Shown piece by piece: positions 6,566-15,073 of a stretch of DNA of 24,459 nt. Made by a program: the position numbers and the translations under genes. Source of the DNA: a virus (lineage: Duplodnaviria > Caudoviricetes). The notes beneath the pieces are model-generated. The model was not told where the DNA came from. It did not search any database and was given only the letters and a program-made list of their open reading frames with translations. The stretch's first letter is position 1. Each line of letters begins with the position of its first letter. Location: positions 1-24,459 of the IMG/VR virus record IMGVR_UViG_3300011444_000022. One strand, 5' to 3'.

Positions 6566-9321
6566 TCATCCTCATCCGTGTCCAGCTTCTGCTGACGGCC
6601 AAACTCCCGCTCCGCCGCTGTGTCGTCGCGCTCGGCTTGGCGGTCGGCGGAGGCTTCGCCGCGTTCGTGCTCGAGCGCGGCGGAGGATTCGTCTCGGACG
6701 TGCTGACGGCCGGCGTTGACGTCGGATCGGACGTCCTTCGTGGTCGACGAGACTTCCTTCCGGGCATCGGCCCTGGTCGCTGCGGCCTCCCCGCGGGCAT
6801 CCGCTCGGAGCGCCGACGCTTCGCCGCGCGCGTCGGCGCTGCGGGACTGGAGTTCCTTGCGCACATCGCCCGCGGTCGCTGAGAGGTCCGCACGCTCCGC
6901 CGCTTTGGCCGCCGCGGCGTCGTGGAGCGCCACCGAATGCCGTTCCTGTTCCTTCGCGCCGAGCTCTTTGAGCAGTTGCAGCGTGTAGGCTTCGTTCTCT
7001 TTCATGCGCTGGAGGAGCACTTCATGCTGCTGCTCGGACTCCTGCTGCATGGCGGCGATCCGCCCGCGCAAGACCTCGAGCTGCTGGTCGGCGCTGTTGC
7101 TGGCGCGCACTTCGAGCATCTTCCCCTGCGCCTTGATCTGCTCGAGCCGACCCTGCACGGCCGCCTTGATCATCGCGATATCTTTCTGGCCGGCCGTCTT
7201 CATCGCGTCCGAGTCGAGCATCTTCTGCGCTTCCTGAAGCGCCTGCATCGCCTGCTGGTGCTCGTGCTTGAGGCGCACGAACCGGCCCATCAGCGAGGGC
7301 GGAATGTCCTGCATGTCGTCGTCGCCTTCGGGCATCCGGCTCTTGATGCGGTCGGCGATTTCATTGGCCCCGCTGAACCCCATCGAGCGCACCCAGAGAT
7401 CCGCGTAACTCGGCACGAGCTCCGGCGCGGACTTGGCGAGCGCTTCCATGCCGGCGAGCGCCTCCTCCTGGCGCGCGTTGAAGCTGCGATCGATGGCCGA
7501 TACCGCCTTGAACTCGCCTTCCGTGAAATCGACAAATTCAACCGGCTTCCCCTGCCACTCCGGCGGCATGTTCTCCTTGGTCGCCTGTTTGTTGCCATGA
7601 CACGCGGGGCACGCCTGGAGCTGATAGAACTCCATGATGCCGCTGCGCACTTCGCCCGCGCCTTTACAGGTGGGACACGCGACGGGAATGGGCGTGCCTT
7701 CATGGTCGAGGATGAACGGCACTTTCAGGAGGATCGCCGTCTCGTCCTCATGGTCCTCACCCGCGATCCGCAGGACGCGCCCCGGCTTGTCGTAGTAGTG
7801 CGGGATGGCGTCGAGCAGCACTTTGCCCTCGTAGAGCATCGCAATCGTCGCCATGTTGTCGAGGTAATTGCTCGTTCCGGCGGACCCTTGGCGCTGCAAG
7901 GCTTCGATCGCCTTCCCGCTACGGTCGTAGGGGTTCACCGCGCGCATCTGCGGCGCCACAGAGCCCGTGACCGCGTGAAACATCTCGTGCATCATCCGCA
8001 GTAGGAGCAGGAGCCCGTTCACCTGGAGCTCGGTTTGTTGCCGCTGCGGCGGCGGCGCGGGCTTCCCCTCGATGTCGACCACCTTGTATTCGAGCCGCAT
8101 GTAGTTCTTGACGGCCGCGAGATCCCACTCGTCCTCGTGCCCCTCGAACTGCCCTTCGGCGCCGACGTAGGGCGTGCGCGGCATCGTTCCGGCGAGCTCG
8201 GTCGCGCTCGAGATGATGACGTTGATCGCCCGCAGTAACTCGACGGCGTTCGCGATGATGCCCTTGAAGCGCCGCTTGCCGCGGATGAAATACTCCTTCC
8301 CGATCGTCTCAATGACCGGGATGTATTGCCCGTGCCACGGGTGCTCTTCGAGCACTTGCGTGCCGTCCACGACGTAAATCTGCACCGTCTTGTGATCCAC
8401 CTCGCGCGTGAGCGCACCTTCGGCCTTCCCCGCAAGGGCCGCGGCGACCGCCGCCGGCATCACCGGCAGGAGCGAGCCTTCGGGCGCTTTGCCGATCCAG
8501 CCGTTCCCGAACGTCGGGGAATAGCCGAGCGTGAAGGTCTGGTGCATCACTTTGTAGTAGGTGGCGATGCGGCACCGCTTCTGGTCGGGCTTCTCCTGGC
8601 TGGCCGCAAACCAGTTATCGTCGGGCGTCCATCCGCCTTCGGGTTGCACGAGCGGCTTGGTCTTCCAGCGCCGCTTGCGTTCCTTTTCGCTGATCCAGTC
8701 GGTGACGAGGCACCAGTCCGCGTCGGAGTTGTCCGCGCGCTGCCGATACGGGTCCCAATACACCGTCGAGTAGTCGAGGATGCGGTTCTCGCGAAGCTCG
8801 AGGTCGAAATCCCCATCGTTGGCGTAGAGCGCTTCAATCAGCCAGCCGCCGCGCCCGACCTTGGCGGCGCGCTCGAGGCCCCAGAGCCGCACTTCGAGCG
8901 ACCCGCTCTCGACCTGAATCGTCCGCACGAGCCCTTTGAGGTATTCCGCGGTCCCTTTCGTCGCTAAGCCGTTGCGTGGCTTGACGGTCAGCGACAGCCG
9001 CGCCTGCCGGGCCTCGGAGACGACCTGTTGGATGTTCTGATCGAGCAGGTTGACCGAGATGGTTGGTTTGGCGGGGATGGTGCGGCCGGTCGTGTCGTCC
9101 GCTTGCTCGCCTCGGGCGTCACGGGCCATCTGGCCCCACATATCGTCTTCAAATTCGAGTTCGTCCTTCTCGGCCTTGCGCTGGACGTCCTCGTAGGCGA
9201 TGGCGAAGTCGAGATTGTCGCGGATCTCCTGGAGCAGCTCCTCGGCCCGCGCTTCCTCTGGCGGCTTGGGTGTCTCTTTGAGTTGCCCGCCGGATTCTTC
9301 CTGATAGCCTTCGCCGTCCAT
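6562..9321 (-). CDS. Portal protein, P22-like, with Zn-finger insertion and long C-terminal coiled coil
   Basis: Motifs KPTISVNLL, VYWDP, PWHGQYIPVI and SGKAI.ALQ.QG. Start placed at ATG 9321 (AGGAG 7 nt upstream) rather than the track's 9354. Confidence 0.9.
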   Translation of the reverse strand: MDGEGYQEESGGQLKETPKPPEEARAEELLQEIRDNLDFAIAYEDVQRKAEKDELEFEDDMWGQMARDARGEQADDTTGRTIPAKPTISVNLLDQNIQQVVSEARQARLSLTVKPRNGLATKGTAEYLKGLVRTIQVESGSLEVRLWGLERAAKVGRGGWLIEALYANDGDFDLELRENRILDYSTVYWDPYRQRADNSDADWCLVTDWISEKERKRRWKTKPLVQPEGGWTPDDNWFAASQEKPDQKRCRIATYYKVMHQTFTLGYSPTFGNGWIGKAPEGSLLPVMPAAVAAALAGKAEGALTREVDHKTVQIYVVDGTQVLEEHPWHGQYIPVIETIGKEYFIRGKRRFKGIIANAVELLRAINVIISSATELAGTMPRTPYVGAEGQFEGHEDEWDLAAVKNYMRLEYKVVDIEGKPAPPPQRQQTELQVNGLLLLLRMMHEMFHAVTGSVAPQMRAVNPYDRSGKAIEALQRQGSAGTSNYLDNMATIAMLYEGKVLLDAIPHYYDKPGRVLRIAGEDHEDETAILLKVPFILDHEGTPIPVACPTCKGAGEVRSGIMEFYQLQACPACHGNKQATKENMPPEWQGKPVEFVDFTEGEFKAVSAIDRSFNARQEEALAGMEALAKSAPELVPSYADLWVRSMGFSGANEIADRIKSRMPEGDDDMQDIPPSLMGRFVRLKHEHQQAMQALQEAQKMLDSDAMKTAGQKDIAMIKAAVQGRLEQIKAQGKMLEVRASNSADQQLEVLRGRIAAMQQESEQQHEVLLQRMKENEAYTLQLLKELGAKEQERHSVALHDAAAAKAAERADLSATAGDVRKELQSRSADARGEASALRADARGEAAATRADARKEVSSTTKDVRSDVNAGRQHVRDESSAALEHERGEASADRQAERDDTAAEREFGRQQKLDTDEDE

Positions 9322-9322
9322 C

Positions 9323-9427
9323 TTACGACTCCTGAACTCTCGCCTCGTGCCCACACTTCGGACAGAACCGCTGATCGGGACGGATTATCACATCGCAGCA
9401 TTCGGTCTTGGCGTCCTGCGGCGTCAT
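9323..9427 (-). CDS. 34-aa zinc-ribbon microprotein (not in ORF track)
   Basis: MTPQDAKTECCDVIIRPDQRFCPKCGHEARVQES exactly fills the gap between the DUF3008-like gene and the portal. Confidence 0.65.
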   Translation of the reverse strand: MTPQDAKTECCDVIIRPDQRFCPKCGHEARVQES

Positions 9428-9429
9428 GG

Positions 9430-9615
9430 CTAGCGACGTCCCTTCTTCGGCTTCCTGACGTGTCGTGGGAGCCCTTTCTCAGGGGTGGAGGCGAAGTGCG
9501 CCATATCGGCGAGGTTCATCGTCAACACGCTGCGGTTCCGCGCGCTCACTTGGTCAGGGTGGTGCTCGGCGAGTCCCATCAACTTCCGCTGCGCTTTCGA
9601 GACGGCGGGCATCAC
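9430..9615 (-). CDS. DUF3008-like small basic protein
   Basis: MPAVSKAQRKLMG...FASTPEKGLP matches the recalled DUF3008 pattern; AAGGAG SD. Confidence 0.75.
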   Translation of the reverse strand: MMPAVSKAQRKLMGLAEHHPDQVSARNRSVLTMNLADMAHFASTPEKGLPRHVRKPKKGRR

Positions 9616-9624
9616 GTCGCTCCT

Positions 9625-10125
9625 TTACTGTGGACGTGGCGGCGTCTTCTGCCAGTAGGAGCTGAACACATCACGCCCTTTCCGCACACGCGCGGACCCG
9701 TGGTAGTGCCGCTCCATCGCTTCCTGGGACCCGGCGATCTCCACCTCCCAGGCGTCCTCGACTTCCTTCTCGAAGGCGGCCTGCGACTGCGGGCTTTCGA
9801 CGTGCACCGTGTCGAGGAAGGTGAAGGCGTTTTCGTTCGGGTAGCGCGCCCGCCAGGCGTGAACCGCAAAGCCGTAGATGGAGTTCGCGACATGGTCGGC
9901 GTCGCCGCGGTTGTTTCCCCAGAACGCGCCCATCTCGTGGAGGAACACGCGCCGGAAGTGCCCTTCGCCGCTCGCCACCGCATACGCGTGGCCGAGTTTG
10001 TCGGCGAGCATGTCGACGAGGATCTGACGGATGTTCTGTTTGACGAGGATCGCCACATCCGCGCGCAGGTTGATCAGCGTCTCCGGCGGCGTCACCACGT
10101 CTGGTGGAAGGATCATGGGACTCAC
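9625..10125 (-). CDS. Hypothetical protein
   Basis: GTGA overlap with the upstream stop; protein-like composition. Confidence 0.7.
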   Translation of the reverse strand: MSPMILPPDVVTPPETLINLRADVAILVKQNIRQILVDMLADKLGHAYAVASGEGHFRRVFLHEMGAFWGNNRGDADHVANSIYGFAVHAWRARYPNENAFTFLDTVHVESPQSQAAFEKEVEDAWEVEIAGSQEAMERHYHGSARVRKGRDVFSSYWQKTPPRPQ

Positions 10126-10499
10126 GCCATCAACTCGGAAGCGTTCGCCGGCTCGCTAGTCTCCGCTGCTTCGTTGTCCGCCGGCGCCTGCTGGCCGCCG
10201 AACGCCTGCGTCACGTAGCCGATCACCTCCTGCAACGTCCCGAAGGCGAGCTCTTCGCTCTTGTAGTCGTTCCCTGGGCTCGGCCCGTTTCTGGAGGGTG
10301 CCGCCTCTTTGCTGTGCGAGCAGCGGACGATGAATCCGCCGTTGTCGGCCTGCTTGATGGTGACGTCCTGCGTCTTCCAGCCGTCTCCCATGCCCGCCGT
10401 CGCTTGCGGCGCTTGGGCCTGGTAGGCCGGGTCCATCATGCGGGAGGCGCTCTGCTCGTCGGCCATCATCGAGCCGCGCATCTGTTGCTGACTGGCCAT
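10122..10499 (-). CDS. Hypothetical protein
   Basis: GAGGAG SD; core VTIKQADNGGFIVRC with low-complexity flanks. Confidence 0.75.
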   Translation of the reverse strand: MASQQQMRGSMMADEQSASRMMDPAYQAQAPQATAGMGDGWKTQDVTIKQADNGGFIVRCSHSKEAAPSRNGPSPGNDYKSEELAFGTLQEVIGYVTQAFGGQQAPADNEAAETSEPANASELMA

Positions 10500-10527
10500 G
10501 TGCTGGAACTCCTCAACGGTGTTGCTG

Positions 10528-10737
10528 TTACGCGGATGATTCTACGCCTCTTACCGTCTCGGCTAAAACTTTCTGATACGCCGGGCTGCTCGTGTTTGGC
10601 TCCGGCAGGGTGTCGTCGAGATAGGCTGCTTCGACGATGACCTGTCCGAACACCTGGCCCTTGCGGAACCGAATCCGGACTTCCCCATAAAACTCCGTGG
10701 CGGCCAACCCGATCAGGAACCGAATGAGCCTCCCCAT
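10528..10737 (-). CDS. Small protein, DUF2292/YezD-like
   Basis: FYGEVRIRFRKGQV motif; starts 1 nt after the upstream stop. Confidence 0.6.
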   Translation of the reverse strand: MGRLIRFLIGLAATEFYGEVRIRFRKGQVFGQVIVEAAYLDDTLPEPNTSSPAYQKVLAETVRGVESSA

Positions 10738-10738
10738 A

Positions 10739-11047
10739 TCAGTGCAGCGCCGGCTGAATCAGGGCCGGACGGGGATTCTCTTTCGCCGCGTCGATGGTCA
10801 ACTCGTCGGCCTCCTCCGCCTTCATCATCTTGATGTTGACGCGCGGGATGGTCACGAGCGCCGCTGGGCACTTCGTCACCTGGCCGCCGCTCGGCGCCCG
10901 GACGTCGGCGAGGATCGCTGAGCTCTCGAGCCACAGGCCGGCCCGCCAGAGCCCCGCGTGGATGCCCTTCGCCTTCACGAGCGCGATCGCGACCTCGCGC
11001 CATTCGAAGTGGATGTGATCTTGGATCTTGCCGAACGGGTTAGCCAC
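10739..11047 (-). CDS. Hypothetical protein
   Basis: Coupled to both neighbours; EVAIALVKAKGIHAGLW...LTIDAAKENP looks like a globular domain. Confidence 0.7.
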   Translation of the reverse strand: MANPFGKIQDHIHFEWREVAIALVKAKGIHAGLWRAGLWLESSAILADVRAPSGGQVTKCPAALVTIPRVNIKMMKAEEADELTIDAAKENPRPALIQPALH

Positions 11048-11312
11048 GCTGCTTCGCCCACTGCGTCACGATTTGTTTGCCGTCTGACCGAATCTCGAAA
11101 CTCTCCACCATGCTCGGCGAAACCACACCGTCATTCTCACGCACACGCGCCAATAGAATCGCCGGGGACTCGATCAACTCAATGCCCGTGAAGATGTCGC
11201 GCATGCGCCGACGCTGTAGGGTCGGTCCGTCTCCGGTCTTGACGCGGTAGAGCCCAATTTCCGCCGTCTGGAGCTCCTCCATCGTCGCGAGCGGAATATC
11301 CGCCATCACCAT
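11040..11312 (-). CDS. Hypothetical protein
   Basis: GAGGAGGAG SD; overlaps the downstream start. Confidence 0.65.
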   Translation of the reverse strand: MVMADIPLATMEELQTAEIGLYRVKTGDGPTLQRRRMRDIFTGIELIESPAILLARVRENDGVVSPSMVESFEIRSDGKQIVTQWAKQRG

Positions 11313-11485
11313 CGTCGCTCCTCCTCTCGGTCGTCCTGGTCATCAAGCACCGGATCGGGCATCTTGCCGGTCTTCACCCACGTCCGATAACACGTCGTGC
11401 AGAGATACGCGTTCGCCAGCGTGCGAAAGCGGGCGCCCTCATCGAGCCGGCAGGCGTCACAGTGCTTCTGGTGCTTCTTGGCCAC
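11306..11485 (-). CDS. 59-aa C4 zinc-finger microprotein (not in ORF track)
   Basis: GTG start; MAKKHQKHCDACRLDEGARFRTLANAYLCTTCYRTWVKTGKMPD... fills the gap. Confidence 0.6.
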   Translation of the reverse strand: MAKKHQKHCDACRLDEGARFRTLANAYLCTTCYRTWVKTGKMPDPVLDDQDDREEERRW

Positions 11486-11494
11486 AGTCTTCCG

Positions 11495-12814
11495 TCATCG
11501 CCTCCGGAGCCCTTGCCGGGCGTGTGAGATGGTGCCGCCGTTCCCGCCGGCGACGAGCCGTTCATACGCGCCTGCATCGTAGGCGCTGCCTTGTGGGCGC
11601 GCGACGACGCCGAGTATATCGGTCGCCACAGCGCCGACCGGGGTGCCGAAGTCGATGGCCTGGCTCCCGATCGCCAGCGTGTAGTCGTGGGCGCCTTGGT
11701 TTGTGAACCCACCGCTGCCGGTCGTGACGTTGTTGCTCCCGGTCGCGCTGCACGCATTATCGAAATTTGAACCGACGTTGCTAACGAGAAGATTGTTGGT
11801 GACCGTCGGCGCGGTCGCGGATTCGCAGAAGATCCCCTTCCCCGAGTTGTCAACAATGGTGTTGTTGTAAATGCCGAGGCCCGTGCCCGTGATGCCGACA
11901 TACACACCCGCCGAGATACTCCCCGCCGTGCTGGCGGGCACGCCATAGATAATGTTGTTCGCGATTAGGTTGTTCGTCCCGGCGTTGTAGACCGTAATGC
12001 CGGAATGCCGATCGCTTGGAATCGCAGGCGTGGCGCGTAAGTCGCGGATGATGTTCCTGGTGATAACGGTGTTGTTGATCGTGTTCCCGTAGCCGTTGTA
12101 CAGCTGAATCCCACCAGGGGCGTCGTAGATCGTGTTGCCGTCGAGCGTGTTGTCGGCTGACTGGAGGTAGATGCCCCAATCAGGCAGATCGCCGGCGCTC
12201 TCGCCGCAGGCGTGGATGGTGTTATTGAGAATTTGGTTAAAGCCCGTCGTCCCGGCGCCCGCGCTCACGAGCTGGATGCAGGCTCCATCAAATGTCGTCG
12301 TGTTGCCGATGATCTCGGAGTTCTGGATACGAATGTGACTCGGTGTCTGGTTAGAGGGCGCGATTGTATAGGCTTCGATCTTGATGGTGTTGACCGTCAC
12401 CAGCGACCCATCAATGATGAAGCCGTCGATCTCGATATACGCCTGCGTGCCGGCGAAGTTGAAGACGAACTCACCCGACTGCGGGAAGATGCGCACGGTT
12501 TCGGACGGATACGCCGCAATGCGATACTTGCCGGTCGTGAAATTAGTCCCCGTGAGCGGCGGATCGAGGATGGCTTCCTGATAGGTTCCACCCCGAACCA
12601 GCACCTCGTCTCCCGGTGCGCCAGCGATGAGACAGGCTACGCCAGCATTGATCGTGAGTTTGGGCGTCGTAATCGTCTGCGCCGTCGCGCACGACCTGGC
12701 GTTGTCACCGCTTGGTGTGCCGCCAGCGCCTTGGCTGACGTAATAGGTCGCGGCCCATGATGGTGCCGCGATGAGCCACCACGCAAGTGTCAGAATGCCG
12801 AGCGGCGTCCTCAT
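11495..12814 (-). CDS. Secreted right-handed parallel beta-helix protein (pectin-lyase-like fold)
   Basis: Signal peptide ending APSWA-ATYYVS; PGDEVLVRGGTYQE; repeated I.NN.I. strands; C-terminal S.AID.G...RPQGSAYDAGAYE. Confidence 0.88.
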   Translation of the reverse strand: MRTPLGILTLAWWLIAAPSWAATYYVSQGAGGTPSGDNARSCATAQTITTPKLTINAGVACLIAGAPGDEVLVRGGTYQEAILDPPLTGTNFTTGKYRIAAYPSETVRIFPQSGEFVFNFAGTQAYIEIDGFIIDGSLVTVNTIKIEAYTIAPSNQTPSHIRIQNSEIIGNTTTFDGACIQLVSAGAGTTGFNQILNNTIHACGESAGDLPDWGIYLQSADNTLDGNTIYDAPGGIQLYNGYGNTINNTVITRNIIRDLRATPAIPSDRHSGITVYNAGTNNLIANNIIYGVPASTAGSISAGVYVGITGTGLGIYNNTIVDNSGKGIFCESATAPTVTNNLLVSNVGSNFDNACSATGSNNVTTGSGGFTNQGAHDYTLAIGSQAIDFGTPVGAVATDILGVVARPQGSAYDAGAYERLVAGGNGGTISHARQGLRRR

Positions 12815-13545
12815 CGCCCGGCTCCGAGCAGGACGCCAAGCCCAGGCGCCACACCTCCACCGCCGGTGGCTTCCACAAACAGAATCGCCAACCCATGCGC
12901 AGAATCACTCGCACTTGTCGTCCACGGTGGCTTCTCCGCAGAGAACGTCCCAATCTTTCGCTCGAGCATGTAGCCAACCGCGGTGAGTGTATTGTCAGAC
13001 GTGTAGCCAGAGCCCAACGTCACGTCGACTAATGAATTATTAGCGCCCAGCCCGATGATCATTCCCGTGCCAGTCAGGCCCGTCGTGGCTGCTGTATGAG
13101 ACGTGCCTGAATCGCCAGTATTGGTATCCGTTAGTAGCGACGCCGAAGTGTCATGTCCTCGGATATGGAGCCACGTCGCCGAATAGTGCGACACGCCATC
13201 GGTGCACGTCAAATTAACCGTCGTCAAGCCGGCCGAGACGTTGCGCTTGTCGAAGACCCACGTATCTGAGCCTTCAGTAATTGCCGCTGCGCCCCATGAT
13301 CCGTTGACGGTATCGGCCATCGAGAAGGTGCCCGTGCCGTCCGTGCGCACAATGCCGACAACGTAGGTGTCGCCAGCCGAGCCGGTAAACGTCGTGCTGT
13401 CGGCGACGTTGGCCCGGTCGTTGGTAACGTCGTGGGCGACTTCAGTGACCGCCGCGTGAAGGATGACCTCGAGCGGTTGGACGAGAAAGACGATTAGGGC
13501 CAGCGCGGTCACCGCCACTCGGCCGAGTCTCAAGTGTTTACGCAT
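12811..13545 (-). CDS. Secreted Thr/Gly/Ser-rich beta-strand protein
   Basis: Basic-hydrophobic leader ending VILHA-AVT; starts 1 nt after the terL stop; ATGA overlap with the next gene. Confidence 0.8.
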   Translation of the reverse strand: MRKHLRLGRVAVTALALIVFLVQPLEVILHAAVTEVAHDVTNDRANVADSTTFTGSAGDTYVVGIVRTDGTGTFSMADTVNGSWGAAAITEGSDTWVFDKRNVSAGLTTVNLTCTDGVSHYSATWLHIRGHDTSASLLTDTNTGDSGTSHTAATTGLTGTGMIIGLGANNSLVDVTLGSGYTSDNTLTAVGYMLERKIGTFSAEKPPWTTSASDSAHGLAILFVEATGGGGVAPGLGVLLGAGR

Positions 13546-13546
13546 G

Positions 13547-15073
13547 TCAGTGCGTCCATCCCAGGTGATTGCCGCCGGCGCCGCGGTCAGCGAACCGCTG
13601 GCGTGGCCCCTTGCGCTTGAGCGGTCGCTTCGGCGGGGCGATGGGACTGGCGAACGTCAGCGCCAGGGCGTCGGCATCATCAGGGCTCGCCACGCCGCGG
13701 TCGGCCATGTCCTCTTTGCTCTCCAGCACGAGCTGATCCTTCTTGTTCAAGTGCGAGCCTGGCGCCCCGAGGTCGTCGGTCATCCGCTGCTCGTCCTCGA
13801 TCGCCCCGTAGAGGAGCCATTCCTTCATCCTCGACCACATGTAGGCCCGCATGTTGTGACAATGCTTCTCGTCCGGGTTCAGGGTTTGGCCGAAGGTCAC
13901 TTCATGGACGTTCGCATAGCCCATCGACTTGAGCCGCTCGACGTAGGGTGAGCCGAACGCCGAATCGCAGAACATCGCGTGCACCTTGAGCTCTGGCTTG
14001 CGCTCGGCGAGCAGGCCCGCCAGGATGGCGAGGAAGGCCGAGCGGTCACCCCGCGTCTGCTCCCCTGGAATCCGAATCGGGGGGATCGAGACGGCGTCGA
14101 GCCCGCGGCGGAACCGGACGACGTTCCACGACTGCCCACCCCCTGAGAAGTCTACACCCACGATCAACGGGTCGTCGTCGAAGCTCGCTGGCTCACGCCG
14201 CGCCGCCTCGAGGATGCGGTCCATCGGGATGAACTGGAGGTCTGAGGCCCGTGGCGGCAGTCCCTTGACGCGCACCCGGAAGAAGTCGGAATCCTCGCCG
14301 TGCTGCTCGAGCCACCGGGCGATGAGCACCTTGTTCGAGAAGCGGACGGTCCGACTGTCGACAATCAACGGCTTCCAATAGTCGCGGTCCTTGCCGAAAC
14401 ACGCCTCGTAGAAACTCCCACTGTTTCGGGTCGCGTTGCCGAAGCGAAATTGCATCGGCTCGCCGTCCGTCATGCCACCTTCCGCGACGGTGTGGATAAT
14501 CTCCGCAATGCTGCTGTCCTCGTCGAAGATGTAATACGAGGTCGAGTCGGCCGCGTGCTGGCCGGCGAACGCTTCACTGTTCTCTGAACGACACGTCTGC
14601 GCCGAGCAGAACCAGCTTTCCGGGAACGATGGGTGATAGAGCCGTTGAGTGTTGACCTTGAACATGCGCCCAAACACACACATCTTGGTCCACCGTCGCA
14701 CGCTCGCCCAGGTCTTCGTCTCAAGCTGCGTGTTCGTGTTGGCGGTGACGACGCCCTGCGAGTGCGGCCGGGTCGAGCTGATCCAATTGACCAGCATCGC
14801 CGCCATGACCGAGCCGCCGACCCCGTGCCCTTTACTCACGGCCCGGAGGATCGGCATCACCGGCGTGTGGCCGTCAAAGGCGTTGCTGCGCACCTCGTCC
14901 GACACCGAGCGGGCGAATGTCCGCTGCCAGGCGTCAGGTCCGGGATGATGCTCGAGCAGCGTGCCGGGCTCGCCCCACGGGTAAGCGAGGTCGATGAAAC
15001 GCTCAAGGTCGCCGACGCAGTTCTCGGTGATGTCGGAGAGGTCGCCGTCTGGGAGTTCGGCGAGGTCTGGCAC
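13547..15073 (-). CDS. terL: Terminase large subunit
   Basis: ATPase domain (SKGHGVGGS, YYIFDE, FGNATRNSGSFY) and nuclease domain (VGVDFSGGG, SPDDADALALTF); follows terS. Confidence 0.95.
   Translation of the reverse strand: MPDLAELPDGDLSDITENCVGDLERFIDLAYPWGEPGTLLEHHPGPDAWQRTFARSVSDEVRSNAFDGHTPVMPILRAVSKGHGVGGSVMAAMLVNWISSTRPHSQGVVTANTNTQLETKTWASVRRWTKMCVFGRMFKVNTQRLYHPSFPESWFCSAQTCRSENSEAFAGQHAADSTSYYIFDEDSSIAEIIHTVAEGGMTDGEPMQFRFGNATRNSGSFYEACFGKDRDYWKPLIVDSRTVRFSNKVLIARWLEQHGEDSDFFRVRVKGLPPRASDLQFIPMDRILEAARREPASFDDDPLIVGVDFSGGGQSWNVVRFRRGLDAVSIPPIRIPGEQTRGDRSAFLAILAGLLAERKPELKVHAMFCDSAFGSPYVERLKSMGYANVHEVTFGQTLNPDEKHCHNMRAYMWSRMKEWLLYGAIEDEQRMTDDLGAPGSHLNKKDQLVLESKEDMADRGVASPDDADALALTFASPIAPPKRPLKRKGPRQRFADRGAGGNHLGWTH

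Noticed and set aside
7590-7680. Portal insertion as an intein
   Set aside because: Too short, and lacks the N-terminal C/S block and the HN-C/S/T splice junction.
9612-10058. Alternative-frame ORF 9612..10058 (-)
   Set aside because: Arg/Ser/Thr-rich junk composition; 9625..10125 has the coupled start and protein-like sequence.
1172-10218. Long plus-strand ORFs (1172..2347, 3266..4120, 6922..8004, 9028..10218 etc.)
   Set aside because: Antisense shadows of well-supported minus-strand genes in GC-rich DNA; Arg/Gly-rich with no motifs.
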